DNA from: a virus
Lineage: Duplodnaviria > Heunggongvirae > Uroviricota > Caudoviricetes
Reading direction: 5' to 3' (one strand)
IMG/VR virus record: IMGVR_UViG_3300031994_005355
Length of the DNA: 61,242 bases
Part shown: piece by piece, positions 19,564-32,100 of the stretch
How positions within the stretch are numbered: the stretch's first letter is position 1
Layout of the letters: each line of letters begins with the position of its first letter
Made by a program: the position numbers and the translations under genes
The notes under the pieces: generated by a model
The model's input: only the letters and a program-made list of their open reading frames with translations
Databases searched by the model: none
What the model was told of the DNA's origin: nothing

Positions 19564-20240
19564 ATACATTATTAATAACTTGTACATTAGCAATGATTGC
19601 ATTTGTAGTTTTATATTTACGTATAAATAAACACATAAGTACACGAATGTGTATAATAGCAATCATTGTTATCATACTATTAGATTTTCTTTTGATTTTT
19701 ATTCTATCTAAATTCAGTCAACCTGAAGAGTCGCCAGATACAGAGAGTACAGTATCTACAGAGGTGTCAGAAGAAATACAACTAACACCTATAGAAGAAA
19801 GATATAAAACAGTATATGATTTAGGTACTGAGTTCACAGCTGATGAACTTAAAGATGAAGATACTATGTATTCTGAATTGATTTCATATGTTAGTGATTT
19901 CACTATGAATAATAATTACCCATTTCCTGGATACATTGGTTACATAAATACAGATTCAGATGGAACACATTTTTATTTCTATACTTATTTAGGTACTCAA
20001 GTCTATGACTGTGTACCTGTAGGAAATAAGTTATACATAAATTTTTATGGTTCAGTATATAATAAGGGGTTTAAAGGAATAATCTATGGTAATGTGAACT
20101 CCACAAGAATAAATATAAAAGGACTTGAAAAACGTTTGATACGTATGGGTCTTAATGATTTCTTTACTATCACAGATGTTACAGATAAAGAAGTAACTGT
20201 TACATCACCTAATTGTGGTACTCACACATTACGGATATAG
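19560..20240 (+). CDS. Membrane protein (2 TM) with acidic extracellular domain
   Basis: ATGA overlap with the lysozyme stop gives start 19560 (track 19503); two N-terminal hydrophobic helices. Confidence 0.7.
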   Translation: MNTLLITCTLAMIAFVVLYLRINKHISTRMCIIAIIVIILLDFLLIFILSKFSQPEESPDTESTVSTEVSEEIQLTPIEERYKTVYDLGTEFTADELKDEDTMYSELISYVSDFTMNNNYPFPGYIGYINTDSDGTHFYFYTYLGTQVYDCVPVGNKLYINFYGSVYNKGFKGIIYGNVNSTRINIKGLEKRLIRMGLNDFFTITDVTDKEVTVTSPNCGTHTLRI

Positions 20241-20247
20241 GTAAATT

Positions 20248-20982
20248 ATGAATAAAAAGTTATTAGTTATAATTTTAGGAACACTATCAACGATAATAAC
20301 AATATCTTTATTTCTAATGTCGACTGGTTCTTTACATAACCCAGAAGAAGTCTCACGTAGGTATCATGAAAATTTAGATAGCACAGCCTATCATTCAATA
20401 GTTGCACAGACTATTATAGAGATGTTTCATGATTTTATTGAACCTAAACATTCTGAAGAAAACCCTTTAGTAGAAGCTGGACATAAACCAGGCGAACGTG
20501 AATATGGTGGTGGCGAAGGTGATACACCTGGTGAAGTTCCACCGATAACAGGTGAAGGAGGAGCACGAATTGCCTCAGCTGCACAATCACTATTCTATGA
20601 CTATGCTATAAATAGACACTATTATTACAGTCAATTTAATTTTACTGAAGCTACTGATTGTTCACACTTCGTGTGTGACGTACTTAATTCTATAGGAATT
20701 AGAGTCGAATATCAAAGAGCCGTTAAGTGGTACACTAATGGGCAAGTAGGTTTTACAAAAGTTGCAACAGTGCAAGGTGCCAATGCTGGAATTTCGATAG
20801 CACAGCCAGGTGATATATTTGCTAGGGATGGACACGTGATGATATATGCTGGCAATGGTAAATTCTGGTCGTGGGGTGGTTATAATAATCAAAAAGTAGA
20901 CCGCAACTTTCCTAATGGCAATACAAACCCTACAACTAGTAATAGTTCATCAATACATACAATATGGAGATATACTCAATGA
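20248..20982 (+). CDS. NlpC/P60 peptidoglycan endopeptidase, membrane-anchored
   Basis: TDCSHFVCDVL and QPGDIFARDGHVMIYAGNG; N-terminal TM. Confidence 0.85.
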   Translation: MNKKLLVIILGTLSTIITISLFLMSTGSLHNPEEVSRRYHENLDSTAYHSIVAQTIIEMFHDFIEPKHSEENPLVEAGHKPGEREYGGGEGDTPGEVPPITGEGGARIASAAQSLFYDYAINRHYYYSQFNFTEATDCSHFVCDVLNSIGIRVEYQRAVKWYTNGQVGFTKVATVQGANAGISIAQPGDIFARDGHVMIYAGNGKFWSWGGYNNQKVDRNFPNGNTNPTTSNSSSIHTIWRYTQ

Positions 20983-21695
20983 AAGTTAAACATTTTCTGA
21001 TTATTATAGGTTTAATAGTAGTAGCATTAGTAACGACAATACTTGTTTTCTTTGTATTTGGTAATAAGAAATCAAATATTGAACATGCACAAGTACAACA
21101 GTATATGGAAGAGAATACAGCAACTACTTTAAGTAAACCAATCGAGAGTGCTACTGATGTAGCAAACATTGAACGTTATGATGGAGACGGTTCTAAAATT
21201 GATTTACAAAGTAGTGCAATAGTAGAAACAAGTAATTTGAATGCTACTGGTAAATATATTTCAAATAATATTTATGATGCACAAGAATGTGCTCACTTAA
21301 AAGATATAAGTGACGCATATTTACATACACTTGGTTATACAGAAGATTTTCAGTATATTTATAATAAACAAAATGACATCATAATAATTGAAGTTTTAGA
21401 CGCGGATATTGTACTCACAGTAATAGGTGACGATGATGTCTATCTTACTGAAAACTCTAATGTGCCAATAGTGTATAAATGTGATGTAACAATTGAACAA
21501 GAAAATCTGTTACAATCATATTTCCTATCAAAGTACGATCCCTATAAAATAGCTTTATATTTACTTCAGAATAATGAATCTGGTATAGTATACAAAACTA
21601 CTAACAGTGATGAAGCAATTGAAGTTTCATGGGATGAAATAAAAGAACAAATAGAGGAGATGTTACATGACGAAGCAGGAGACGGAGACTTCTAA
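20979..21695 (+). CDS. Membrane-anchored hypothetical protein
   Basis: ATGA overlap at 20979 (track 20964); single N-terminal TM and acidic ectodomain. Confidence 0.7.
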   Translation: MKVKHFLIIIGLIVVALVTTILVFFVFGNKKSNIEHAQVQQYMEENTATTLSKPIESATDVANIERYDGDGSKIDLQSSAIVETSNLNATGKYISNNIYDAQECAHLKDISDAYLHTLGYTEDFQYIYNKQNDIIIIEVLDADIVLTVIGDDDVYLTENSNVPIVYKCDVTIEQENLLQSYFLSKYDPYKIALYLLQNNESGIVYKTTNSDEAIEVSWDEIKEQIEEMLHDEAGDGDF

Positions 21696-22290
21696 TCGTA
21701 ATAATCGAATTGCCTTAATTGTCGTACTAATTATTTTCATGTTACTTTTAATTTTAGTTTTAATCTTTTCAGTGAAACCTAAAGAGGAAATAGAAGAACC
21801 TACACAGGAGATTACTGAAACACAAGAACTTGCGATGGATGCTATAGAAAAAGGCATGATACAAGTTGAAAGTAATATGCGACAAAAACTATCAGATATG
21901 GGATTTGAATCCAAAATTCCAGTAGATACTTGGTTTTATTATGATCAATATGGTTTACTGCGATACACTTCTCAAGTGCGTTATAGTAATCTTTGGGTAG
22001 ATACAGGCGACGCATACGACACAAGTAAATATAAATGGCAGGAACCTGAACGAATTCTAATTGGCAATGAACAAGTTGGTAATCCAAATGACTACAGAAC
22101 TAATGAATTCATTACACAGGCAGAAGATCCTAATAATACTTACTATGTAGAAGAGGTTGATGACAAGCATGTTATATTTGTTGATCCTAAGACAAATACA
22201 ACGTACAGATCAACCTATATACTTCAAGCTCATGCTTTCCAAACTGAAGAGCTTAACGAAAATTATTACGACTATATTTCTCATATTTGA
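21667..22290 (+). CDS. Membrane-anchored hypothetical protein
   Basis: SD GAGGAG; TM IALIVVLIIFMLLLILVLIF; acidic ectodomain. Confidence 0.7.
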   Translation: MTKQETETSNRNNRIALIVVLIIFMLLLILVLIFSVKPKEEIEEPTQEITETQELAMDAIEKGMIQVESNMRQKLSDMGFESKIPVDTWFYYDQYGLLRYTSQVRYSNLWVDTGDAYDTSKYKWQEPERILIGNEQVGNPNDYRTNEFITQAEDPNNTYYVEEVDDKHVIFVDPKTNTTYRSTYILQAHAFQTEELNENYYDYISHI

Positions 22291-23123
22291 AAAAGAAACG
22301 ACCAATAAAACAATCAATATTTATAGTGTTTGCAGCCGTTGGTATAATTGCTTATGTAGCATTTATGGTAATGAGTTCTTCACTCATAAGTACTGAAAAT
22401 ACATTGTTAAGTTATCTATGGGGACAGCAAAATACGTTACTTAAACCTACTGACATTTCTATGATAGAGAGTGCTCAAGAAGTACGTACAGATGCAAATG
22501 ATGCATCCCCAGACAAAGTAGATACTAAAGATAAATCAAAAACCATTTACGTAGACCCTGGTCATGGTGGTGATTCATCAAAAGGTCCTCGTAATGGTAC
22601 AAAGCCTGGTGGACCATTTAAATGTGATCCCAGTCTTACAGAAGCTGTCAATAATTATGCAGTAGCATTGCAAGTTAAATCTTTGCTTGAGAAAGAAGGC
22701 TATAGTGTACAAATGTCACGCAATCAAGCGGATGGTACTTCAGCTATTGGTAATTATGAACGTGGTAAACAAGGAGCAAGATGTGACGGTTACATAGCAA
22801 TTCATTCAAATGGTGGTATGGGACCTGGTTGTTTACTAGTCGTTCCAGATAATTTTGCTACGGAATATAACCATGAAATGGGTGATAAGTTTTTAGAGTT
22901 AATGAATAAGATTGGTATAAATACAAATGCAACAGCATACTGTGTCGAATTGATATATTCTGGACAAGGATACAAAGAAAATGGTGGTGACACCTCAAAG
23001 TTCTTGTATTGTGAAATTGGAGCACATGATGATATGCAACAATCACAGTTTATATCTAGCGACGATGGTAGAAAGGAAATTGCAAAATGTATCGTAGAAG
23101 CATTTCTAGTTTGCATGAAATAA
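22287..23123 (+). CDS. N-acetylmuramoyl-L-alanine amidase (Amidase_3), membrane-anchored
   Basis: IYVDPGHGG, EAVNNYAVALQVKSLLEKEGYSVQMSR, IAIHSNG, LYCEIG give the zinc ligands and the catalytic Glu. Confidence 0.9.
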   Translation: MKKKRPIKQSIFIVFAAVGIIAYVAFMVMSSSLISTENTLLSYLWGQQNTLLKPTDISMIESAQEVRTDANDASPDKVDTKDKSKTIYVDPGHGGDSSKGPRNGTKPGGPFKCDPSLTEAVNNYAVALQVKSLLEKEGYSVQMSRNQADGTSAIGNYERGKQGARCDGYIAIHSNGGMGPGCLLVVPDNFATEYNHEMGDKFLELMNKIGINTNATAYCVELIYSGQGYKENGGDTSKFLYCEIGAHDDMQQSQFISSDDGRKEIAKCIVEAFLVCMK

Positions 23124-23139
23124 GAAAGGATTAAATACA

Positions 23140-26100
23140 ATGCACAAGTCATTAAAACGGTTTAGTATCTTACTTGCTTTTATGACTTTATGTACATCAT
23201 CACCTGCTTTCGCTGATGTAGTAGCAACTGCACAAACCGGTGAGAACTCAAAGGTTAGCATCTTCGAAAGACTTGATAGTGCAAATTATCCGGACTCTTA
23301 TTATAATGACGAGTTTACTTGGTCTGATGTTAATCAGCAAGTAATAGATAAGTCATATCCTGAAGGAGATCCAAGACGTTACACATTACCTTGGGGACGT
23401 AAACGTAAAGGTATAATAAACGGTAACGAAGTAGGTAGTATAGGATTACGTGAGAAGCAGCTCACAGGTCGTGACTGGATGATTGTAAATCCTAACTACA
23501 AACCTAAACAGGGAACACCACTTTATGATGATGAAGTAAAAGCTTTTAATAACGGTAACATTCTTTGGAATAAAGTTAGTAAAGCTGTTTACGATAAGTG
23601 GATGAGTTTTGAAAATGGACCTGGTGACTCACCTTTTTATGAGACTGGTGAATACGGAACCATAAAGCAATTATCTGTTGCTGGTAAGAATTATGGTGAA
23701 GTAAAAACTAAAGAAGCTCATAAAGTATGGGTGACAACATCTGAGCGTCCTCAGGACTATAAGGATACAAATGGTAAACCATATGAATATGATGCAGATA
23801 CTGACAATGTCTTCAATTTAGATAAAACAAAGAAGACGCAGTTAAATGCATTAGTAAAAGATCCTTATGGTGACAATAAAACTGATTATCAGTACACACG
23901 TTCACGTTATCAAGTTGTGGTACGTCATAAAGCTCGTGGTACTGATCATCACTCAGAATACTATATAAATGGTAGATCATATGCTTCAAATGATCCAACA
24001 GTTCCAGCATATAAGTTTGAAGCAAATGTGACACCTAAACTTAATATATCTGAAGAGTACTTAGATTTCAAACCTTTTGGTAAGATAACTTCTTGGGATC
24101 AGTATAAAGATCAGATAGATCCTCAAGGTGGTTGGATGTTCAAGACTGCTTATGAATCTTGGGGATTTGAAGACTACGATTATACGGGTGAGAATGGTTA
24201 TATTCTTTATGATTTTGATAAAGATACATTCTATAATCACGCTGATGATGGAACTTATCCTTTAGCAAAGCATGATGCTATTGAAGGCGCTAATGTTCCT
24301 TCTTCTGGCGGTGTAGTACGTCCGTATGAAGAAGGTATGTTCCAAAAGTATGATCCTACAAGAAATCTATATACACAGATACCTAATCCTGGTAACTATA
24401 AGAATTATCAGTTATATAAATACTTTATTCCTGCTACAACAAAAACTTCTAATTATACAGTAAATGATTTACCTAGCATATATACGAAGACTGGTAAATA
24501 TGTAGATCAGAAGCCTGAAGAAGATAGCAAAGAATGGACATATAAAGAACGTGTAACTGATGTAGATGATATAAATAATTCTGATTTCACTTACGGATTA
24601 TTTCACTCACATAAACTTGTTAAAGGACAGTTAGATTCATATAGTTCCAGTCCGTATTTTGGGACTCACTTCAATATGGATCAGACTTATGTGAATGCAC
24701 GTACACATGCTATTGTACGCGGATATATACGAGACAGTGAAGAGCCTGCTTTATACGCAGCTGATAATCCATATAATAATATGTGGAATAATCTGTGGTT
24801 TACAGATGGTACGTTCACTGTACCTCGTACAGGTTCGGCACGTACACAGGATATTGACGATGCAAATTTCAAACCTCAGTTCATGTCTTGGGATCCTAAC
24901 TTTGAGTATTATAAAGCTCTTAAGACTGCACTGTTAAAAGCAGATAAAATAACTACTGCTGGTAAAGACACATTTACAATACAGAACCCAAGTTTCAAAA
25001 CTTCAGGTACAGCAACATTCGATAAGAATAATATGTATACGGTTTCTTCTAAAGACATAACAGAACCTGTATCTGTATGGAGTGATTGGAAAGATGATTC
25101 CATATCTGTTACAATTCCAAGTGGAAACTTTTATTACGATCAATCTTCTGTAAGGAGTCAACTACAAAATTTCTTAAATTCATATAATTCTTTACGTGAT
25201 ACAAGTACAAGACAGTACTCAAGTATAAATAATCCTAGTATTTCAACATATCTTAGATGTGAAAGCAATTACCATAACGATCATACATATCATATTTCTG
25301 GAAGTACTACATCAGTTGTATCGGAATTAATAGATAGAATTTATAATTACTATTATGATCATCCTTATAATCATCACTACCCTTATAATCATCCTTATTA
25401 TTATGATAATTATATGAGCAGCGACGTAACTAAATTCACTGTTACATATAAGTATCGTGACCTCACGACTACACAAGAAAAAGTTGGTACTGCATATACT
25501 GTAAAGCTTAATGGAACTCTTGTAGCACCTGGCTCACTTGGTGATAGTGCTTCAGATTATCAAAAGTTCTTAGAGCTTTCTTATAATGAAAGAAGTTCAA
25601 ATACAAACTATGTTGGTACAGGTGCTTGGTTCAAAGCAATATTCAAAGAATATTCAAAGGCAGCACTGTATCAGGATTACGATCATAAGACACTTACATC
25701 ACGTCCTGGCGAACAAGGATGGGTACAACCTGCACGTGATATGAACTTCCAACCTCGTTCTCATGAACGTAAACAGTATTTCACATTTGATATTTATACA
25801 CGTGAACTTGCGGCTGATGGTAACACATATTACACATACAATACACCTATAGCAATGTTTGATGATAATGCTGACACGTCTATAAAGAAACTTGATGGTG
25901 TGGAGGTTACCGGAACAAAAGCACGTACACGTTCTGAAGATTTATTCCAGTATCTATTCCGTACAAACTTCATTTATGATGCTTTACAGGAGTATATGGA
26001 CTGGACACCTAATAATAATTTCTACACAGATAAACTAGATACTAAGTCAGATTCAGATAAAAACGCTGTAAATGAGAAATACTTCAATAGATATACTTCA

Positions 26101-29100
26101 CGTACTTCAACTGAAAAAGTTATGCGTGATGGTGCAGAAGTTGAAGTTGTAAAAGCAACAAAAGCACTTAGTAAGGAGTTTTCATACTTCCCTTACACAG
26201 ATGCATCTAATGTAAACTTTACTTATAACAATAATATTCTTCAGAAGTATTCTTTATGGCTTACACAGAAAGGTATGACTTATGAAGATTTCTGCAAATA
26301 TGGAAAAGACTCTAATGGTAAACAAGTACCTATTTCCTATAATAATAAAGGTATAAAGATTTACAATACTGAGGACGTTATTTTCCAGCAAGTACTTATG
26401 AATAATCATGGTGAGACTGTTCAAGCGTTTGTACCTGCAAATAATCAGACACGTAGCCTATATGCAAACGTACACTTTGATTCTGATGAAGGAAACAATG
26501 TCGTAGACGATGAGTTTGAAGTTTGGCCTTCTGGTATAAAAGAAATCAAAGCAGCTTGTACTGCAGGTGATTATGCAAATCTTGGATATGTACAATTCTT
26601 AAATACAGATTCAAAAGTAGGTGATACTAAGAAAGTTTCTGGACGTTCATATACACATTCAACTAATTTTGACCCATACTTGAATGGTGCAGTTGTATAT
26701 CCTACAAAGAATAGGTATAATGGTGTAATTGAAAGACCTGTTTATGAAACACAAGAAAAGGATATTTATGGCGTTATACAGAATGTCGAGATACCTACAG
26801 TACATTATTATACGGTTTTAGTAAATCCTTTAGGTTACACTCTTGACACTGTAAACTGTGCTGCAGCTGTGCAACAGGAAGATATAATTGATGAATCACA
26901 TCATGATTCATTAGCAAACTTCTTAAATATGGCATCAGCAACATTCGCATTTACTGATGGTAAAGACACTGACACACACATAAATCCTGCATGGTGTTAC
27001 AATGTGGCTTTCAAAGTAAATGGCAATGCTAAATTAGACTATGAAGCTAGTCTTGGTGACAACTTTATGTTAGATTCTCTAGATACATTAAATAGATCTT
27101 CTACAGGTTTAGTAGCTGCCTTAAATTACTATAGTTATGAAAACTTTAATAAAGAAAACCAGAGTTATACAATACAAAATACACCATATGTTTTACAGCC
27201 TACAACAGATAGAACAAATTGGGATTATGCAAATAATGTATGGAATGGTTATGGTTATAGTTATACAGGTTCACAGGCAGAGGGTGGTATGAATGATGTA
27301 AAAATGTATAGGGGTAATAATCCCGAAACTAAGACTTTACACCTTGATGCTAATGGAATAATTATAAATGATGAATTTACATTATATGCTGCTAATGAAG
27401 AAGAAGCTAAAAAAATACATAAACAAAGTCAACAAAAGCCAAAAGACGCTGAACTTACTGAGGAATCTTTGATAAGGTTAGTTGAACCATATCACACTAA
27501 ATCTATAAACGTACAAATTTCTGATTCAGGATTGAATGAACTAGAACTTAACTCAGAAACTATAAAAAATATAAAAGGCTACGATCAAAATTCAGCTGAT
27601 GTAGATAATCCTAATTACTATAAACCATCTACAATATATTTTCCTCGTTTATATAATAAAGATCTTGTATTTGAAAAAATGAAGATAAATGGTGTATATG
27701 ATTATTATGATACAAATAAAGACCCATTAGCACAGACACAAGATTTTGAAAATAACACTAAAAATATACAGTACATGTCTACGCTACCTAGATTTAACAA
27801 TCAGAATATGACTTTAACACAAGCAACCGATACTGCGTTAGCATTAAAAACCCAAATACATATTCCTAATGTATTTGCTGGTACACCTGTTATGTTATTA
27901 GCATTACCCGAGTACGAACAAGGATTACATCATTTAGACACTAAAGTTACTAAAGGTCTAGAAGTTGACTATTATGTAAATCATCCAGATTTTAAAAATA
28001 TAACAGTGCGTGCTGACAATAGTATTGAAGAAAATAAACAATTTCAAATACGCACTTATACAAATTTAGATTCAATGGGTATTAATCGTTGTATGTTTAT
28101 AATGCCAACACAAAACATTAATATAACATTTAATTCAGATACTGTAGATGTAGTTTACGCACCATCGGTATCAAAACAATTTGAATTAACTTCATTAGAT
28201 GAAGTGTCTAATTTTTATGTAAATATGTATAATATTGTAAGTAAAGGCACAACAGGATTAACAGCTGGATTTTTACATACAACTCCTTATACTCAAGATG
28301 TTACTGATGGAATAGACTTAATTAAAGATGAAGACTATATTATACAAAATAATAATAATGCAGCTAATAAAGATAGAGTATTTTGGGTACCAAGTAAATA
28401 TCAATATAAATCATCCTATGCATCATCTAAAGATAAACCATGGAGTAAGTCTAAGAAAGATCAGTTTTATAAATATTGGTATGATGATTATGGTACAGGG
28501 TTTCACTCAGATTATGAGAGTAATAGTTATGCATATGTGAAAAATAAAAAACGTATTGCACATTATAATTACTTCAAGAGAGACTATCAAGATGAATTAA
28601 GCGATGGTACGATAATTCACAAGTATGTTACTCCATACGAATGGTATGATAAGGCGTCAAAGGATAAACGAATTTATATTTACTCAGTTGTGGATAGTGA
28701 ACGCTCAGCGAGTGATTCAGATTCAGAATCCGACCTAGCTACTGATAGTGACCAACCAGCTGACCAACGTCTTTATTCAGCACTATATATAGAGCTTCCA
28801 CAGAATAATAAAATACCATATTTTACATTAACACCTTTTGCACCTGGTACATATTTTTCGTCATATCCTGGAATAAAGAAAAATACGATAGATGATTATA
28901 TACAAGCACAATTAGATAATCCACAAGGTGTATATACACCATTAGCTAAAGCTACATTAACAGCTACGGAACCTACTAGCACATCTGCACCTACTACTTA
29001 TGAATATAATGGTGGTAAATATTGGGACGTTCCTGTTGAATTTACTGATATACTAGATAACAAACATATAGATGTGAGTGCCACAAAAAACACTAAAATA

Positions 29101-32100
29101 CCATTTATTACATTAGACACATCTACAATTAAAAATAACTTTGTAGATATAGATAATATAGATAATAAAGTTATGAAAGCAATAGCAGTATCTGATCGAA
29201 AGGACGCTATTACATCTAACATTGAACAATTATTAAGTACATTAAGTATAAGAGATATATCTTTAGATGAGATTGTACAAGTAAAACCTTCTTATAAAAC
29301 CTTACGTAAGAAAAAGAAAATTGGACAAAATCAAACTGTTAAGCAATATTCAGACGGTAAAGTAGTACAAAAACAGAAACTAAAGAAAGTACAACTAAAT
29401 AAATTATACACAGTAAAGAAAATGAAATACAAGGCTAAATTATCAAGGGCAGAATTAGATAAATGGTTACAATTTGCTTCTGTGCGTGACATGATAAGTG
29501 GTGGAGATCCAGTTGAAGATGATGTACTACAAGAATACTACGTATTTCCAGAACATGCATCATCAAATTCTTATATATTAAAACATCTAACAAATTTCTC
29601 AAGAGAAATAAGTGAAGATATTAACAAGGATAAACCAGATAATGTTTCTCTAGAAGGATTTAAATACGCTGTTGATAATTATGATTATAGATTGGCATTA
29701 TCTTATTTAGGTTTACCATTATTAACAATACAACCTGTAACCATAGGTACAGTAAATAAGAAACTTATGGATAGTCTATGGAAGCATGTCAATAATAAAA
29801 ACGAAACTACTGAATTAAGAAATAAAGTAATGCAAAATAGACAAATATTTAGTACAGCACCAATTGACGATTATGTAACTAACTTACTAGGATATGGTAC
29901 CTATATGTTTAAAAATGGCAATGGAATAGCTTTCGGATTCGGTAAGGATTATTCAATTTTCCAATCCAGTTACACAGATACTACTGATCTTTATGCGTAT
30001 TATAGAGGTAATCCTATTGGTGCAACACGACCAAAAGTATTATTATTTGATATATTTACACAAGCTAATATAAATCCAGAAACAGGAAAACTTAAACGTG
30101 TTAGGGAACGTAATGAAGCTTATACTAAAGTAAAGGATAGGGACCCAGATGAAGAATATACAGAACCTAAGTATGAATATTCCTATCATGTAGCTAATGG
30201 ACGAAAATTAAATACTATACTAAATTCAAATTCTTCTTATGTCGCATTTGTAGGTTACAATAAAGCGAAAAGTTTAGTTAAAAAGAGTAAAGATATAACT
30301 TATAAAATGCCAAGCCATCTAAGTTTATATGGTAGTGATGATGACGGTGATGATGATGATGACATATATGATCCTGATGAAGTAGAAGACCAAACTAATG
30401 ATACAGGTAATGATACAGAAGATGAAGCATCTGATGATGGTGATGTGTCAGGTTTAACTGAAGACCCAGATACAGAAAAAGATTGGGGACAAAAAGGTCT
30501 TTGGAGTACATCTGTTTACACTATTGATGGTTCCACACAAGAAAAAGCACGTAATTCTAAAAAATATGCTAAACAAGTATATGGATTTTCTTGGAGTGGT
30601 AACTATATGATAGGTCTTACAGGTTCTGGTTCTGGAAGTAAAAGTAAACGAGACTCTTATATAATTATGCAACCAAATGAAACAGGTCAGATTATAAATG
30701 TATATGGCATGAATTCGAGCTATTCTAATCCTGTAGCGATGGTAATGCGTGATAATATATTACTTCTGAAAGAAACTAATAATGGTGTAATGCTTTTTAA
30801 GTGTACACTAACTAGTTCAAATTATTTTAAAGAAGTTAAAAATGAGTATAACAACATTATGAATAAGGAATATGATAAAGATGATTATACTAAAAAAGAA
30901 ATTGCAGAAGATAGACTAACTATGTTACGTGCTTTATTACTGAATAGTATGTTAAAGGGAGATAAAGATGATACAACAGTAATACCACCAGCACAAACTG
31001 CCAACTTATACACTAATACAAATGATGCCGTTAAAAATATCATACCTGGTTTTATGATAGGTAGTTCTGATTATAAGAAGTATGGTGACACTAATTACAT
31101 TTACTACAGTGGTAATTATACATGGGAAGCTAGTACAGCAGATCCTGATGAGTTTAGTACGTATTCCAAAGGTGTTGTGTATAATCCTGATGGTACAGTA
31201 GCTTATGTACAATCGGGTAAAGAATTCTATGATAGCTCACTTAAACAAGCAGCAAAAGAGGCTAAGAAAAAATATAAAGTAAAGAAGAAAAAATTAAATA
31301 GTAACAACATATCTGATAGTGTAAATTATATTACAAAACCTAGAGTTGCTGGTCTTGAGAACGTACCATTAGATAGTAGTAATTTAATTGTACACGGTAC
31401 TGGTGGTGCATATCCAATGCAGATAAATTCTAGTTCAAAGAAATCAGTATTTGGGGTCACCGGAAACTATAAAGCAGATATAGATTATTATGTACTATCT
31501 GGACCAGAGTATAAACCAAACAAATATCCACAGTTATCAATTAAAAATTCTTATAGAAACATAAATATGAATGGTATTGAACATATGGGTTACATAATAG
31601 CACCACAACCTGTAAATAATGATGAACAAAAACGTACGGGTTTTGAAGTTGTATATAGTGGATCATATGTTATACCTTACTTAAATATGTTTATTAATTC
31701 TTTCGAGTATTCAATAATTAGTAGTGCTCCAGGGTACACACAACTAGATATAGATAATCTTCATGCAAGTGATTACAATATAGAACATTTATTATTTTAT
31801 TTAATGAATGGTACTCCCGTACAATCTTCTGATACACTGTTACAATATTTTATGGCACAACCAATGCTATTTGTTAATGTTACTCAATGGTATGGAATAG
31901 CACTTGATCCAGGTATATGTATATACCGTGGGGATGGTTGTAGGTTTAGTAATGAGAGTTATATACAATTATATGATCTAATGTTACAATATTCAGCAGT
32001 ATATAATACATATGCAAAAGGACAAGGTGTTGCTGTAGAAAATGCAGATCAACATAATAGATATTATAAATCTACAAATGCAGAATTAGCAGCTTACAAA

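Noticed and set aside
17603-23123. Prophage lysis/tail module interpretation of the lysozyme, amidase and NlpC genes
   Set aside because: The enzymes carry N-terminal membrane anchors or signals, and no terminase, portal, capsid, tape-measure or baseplate motifs are seen anywhere in the window.
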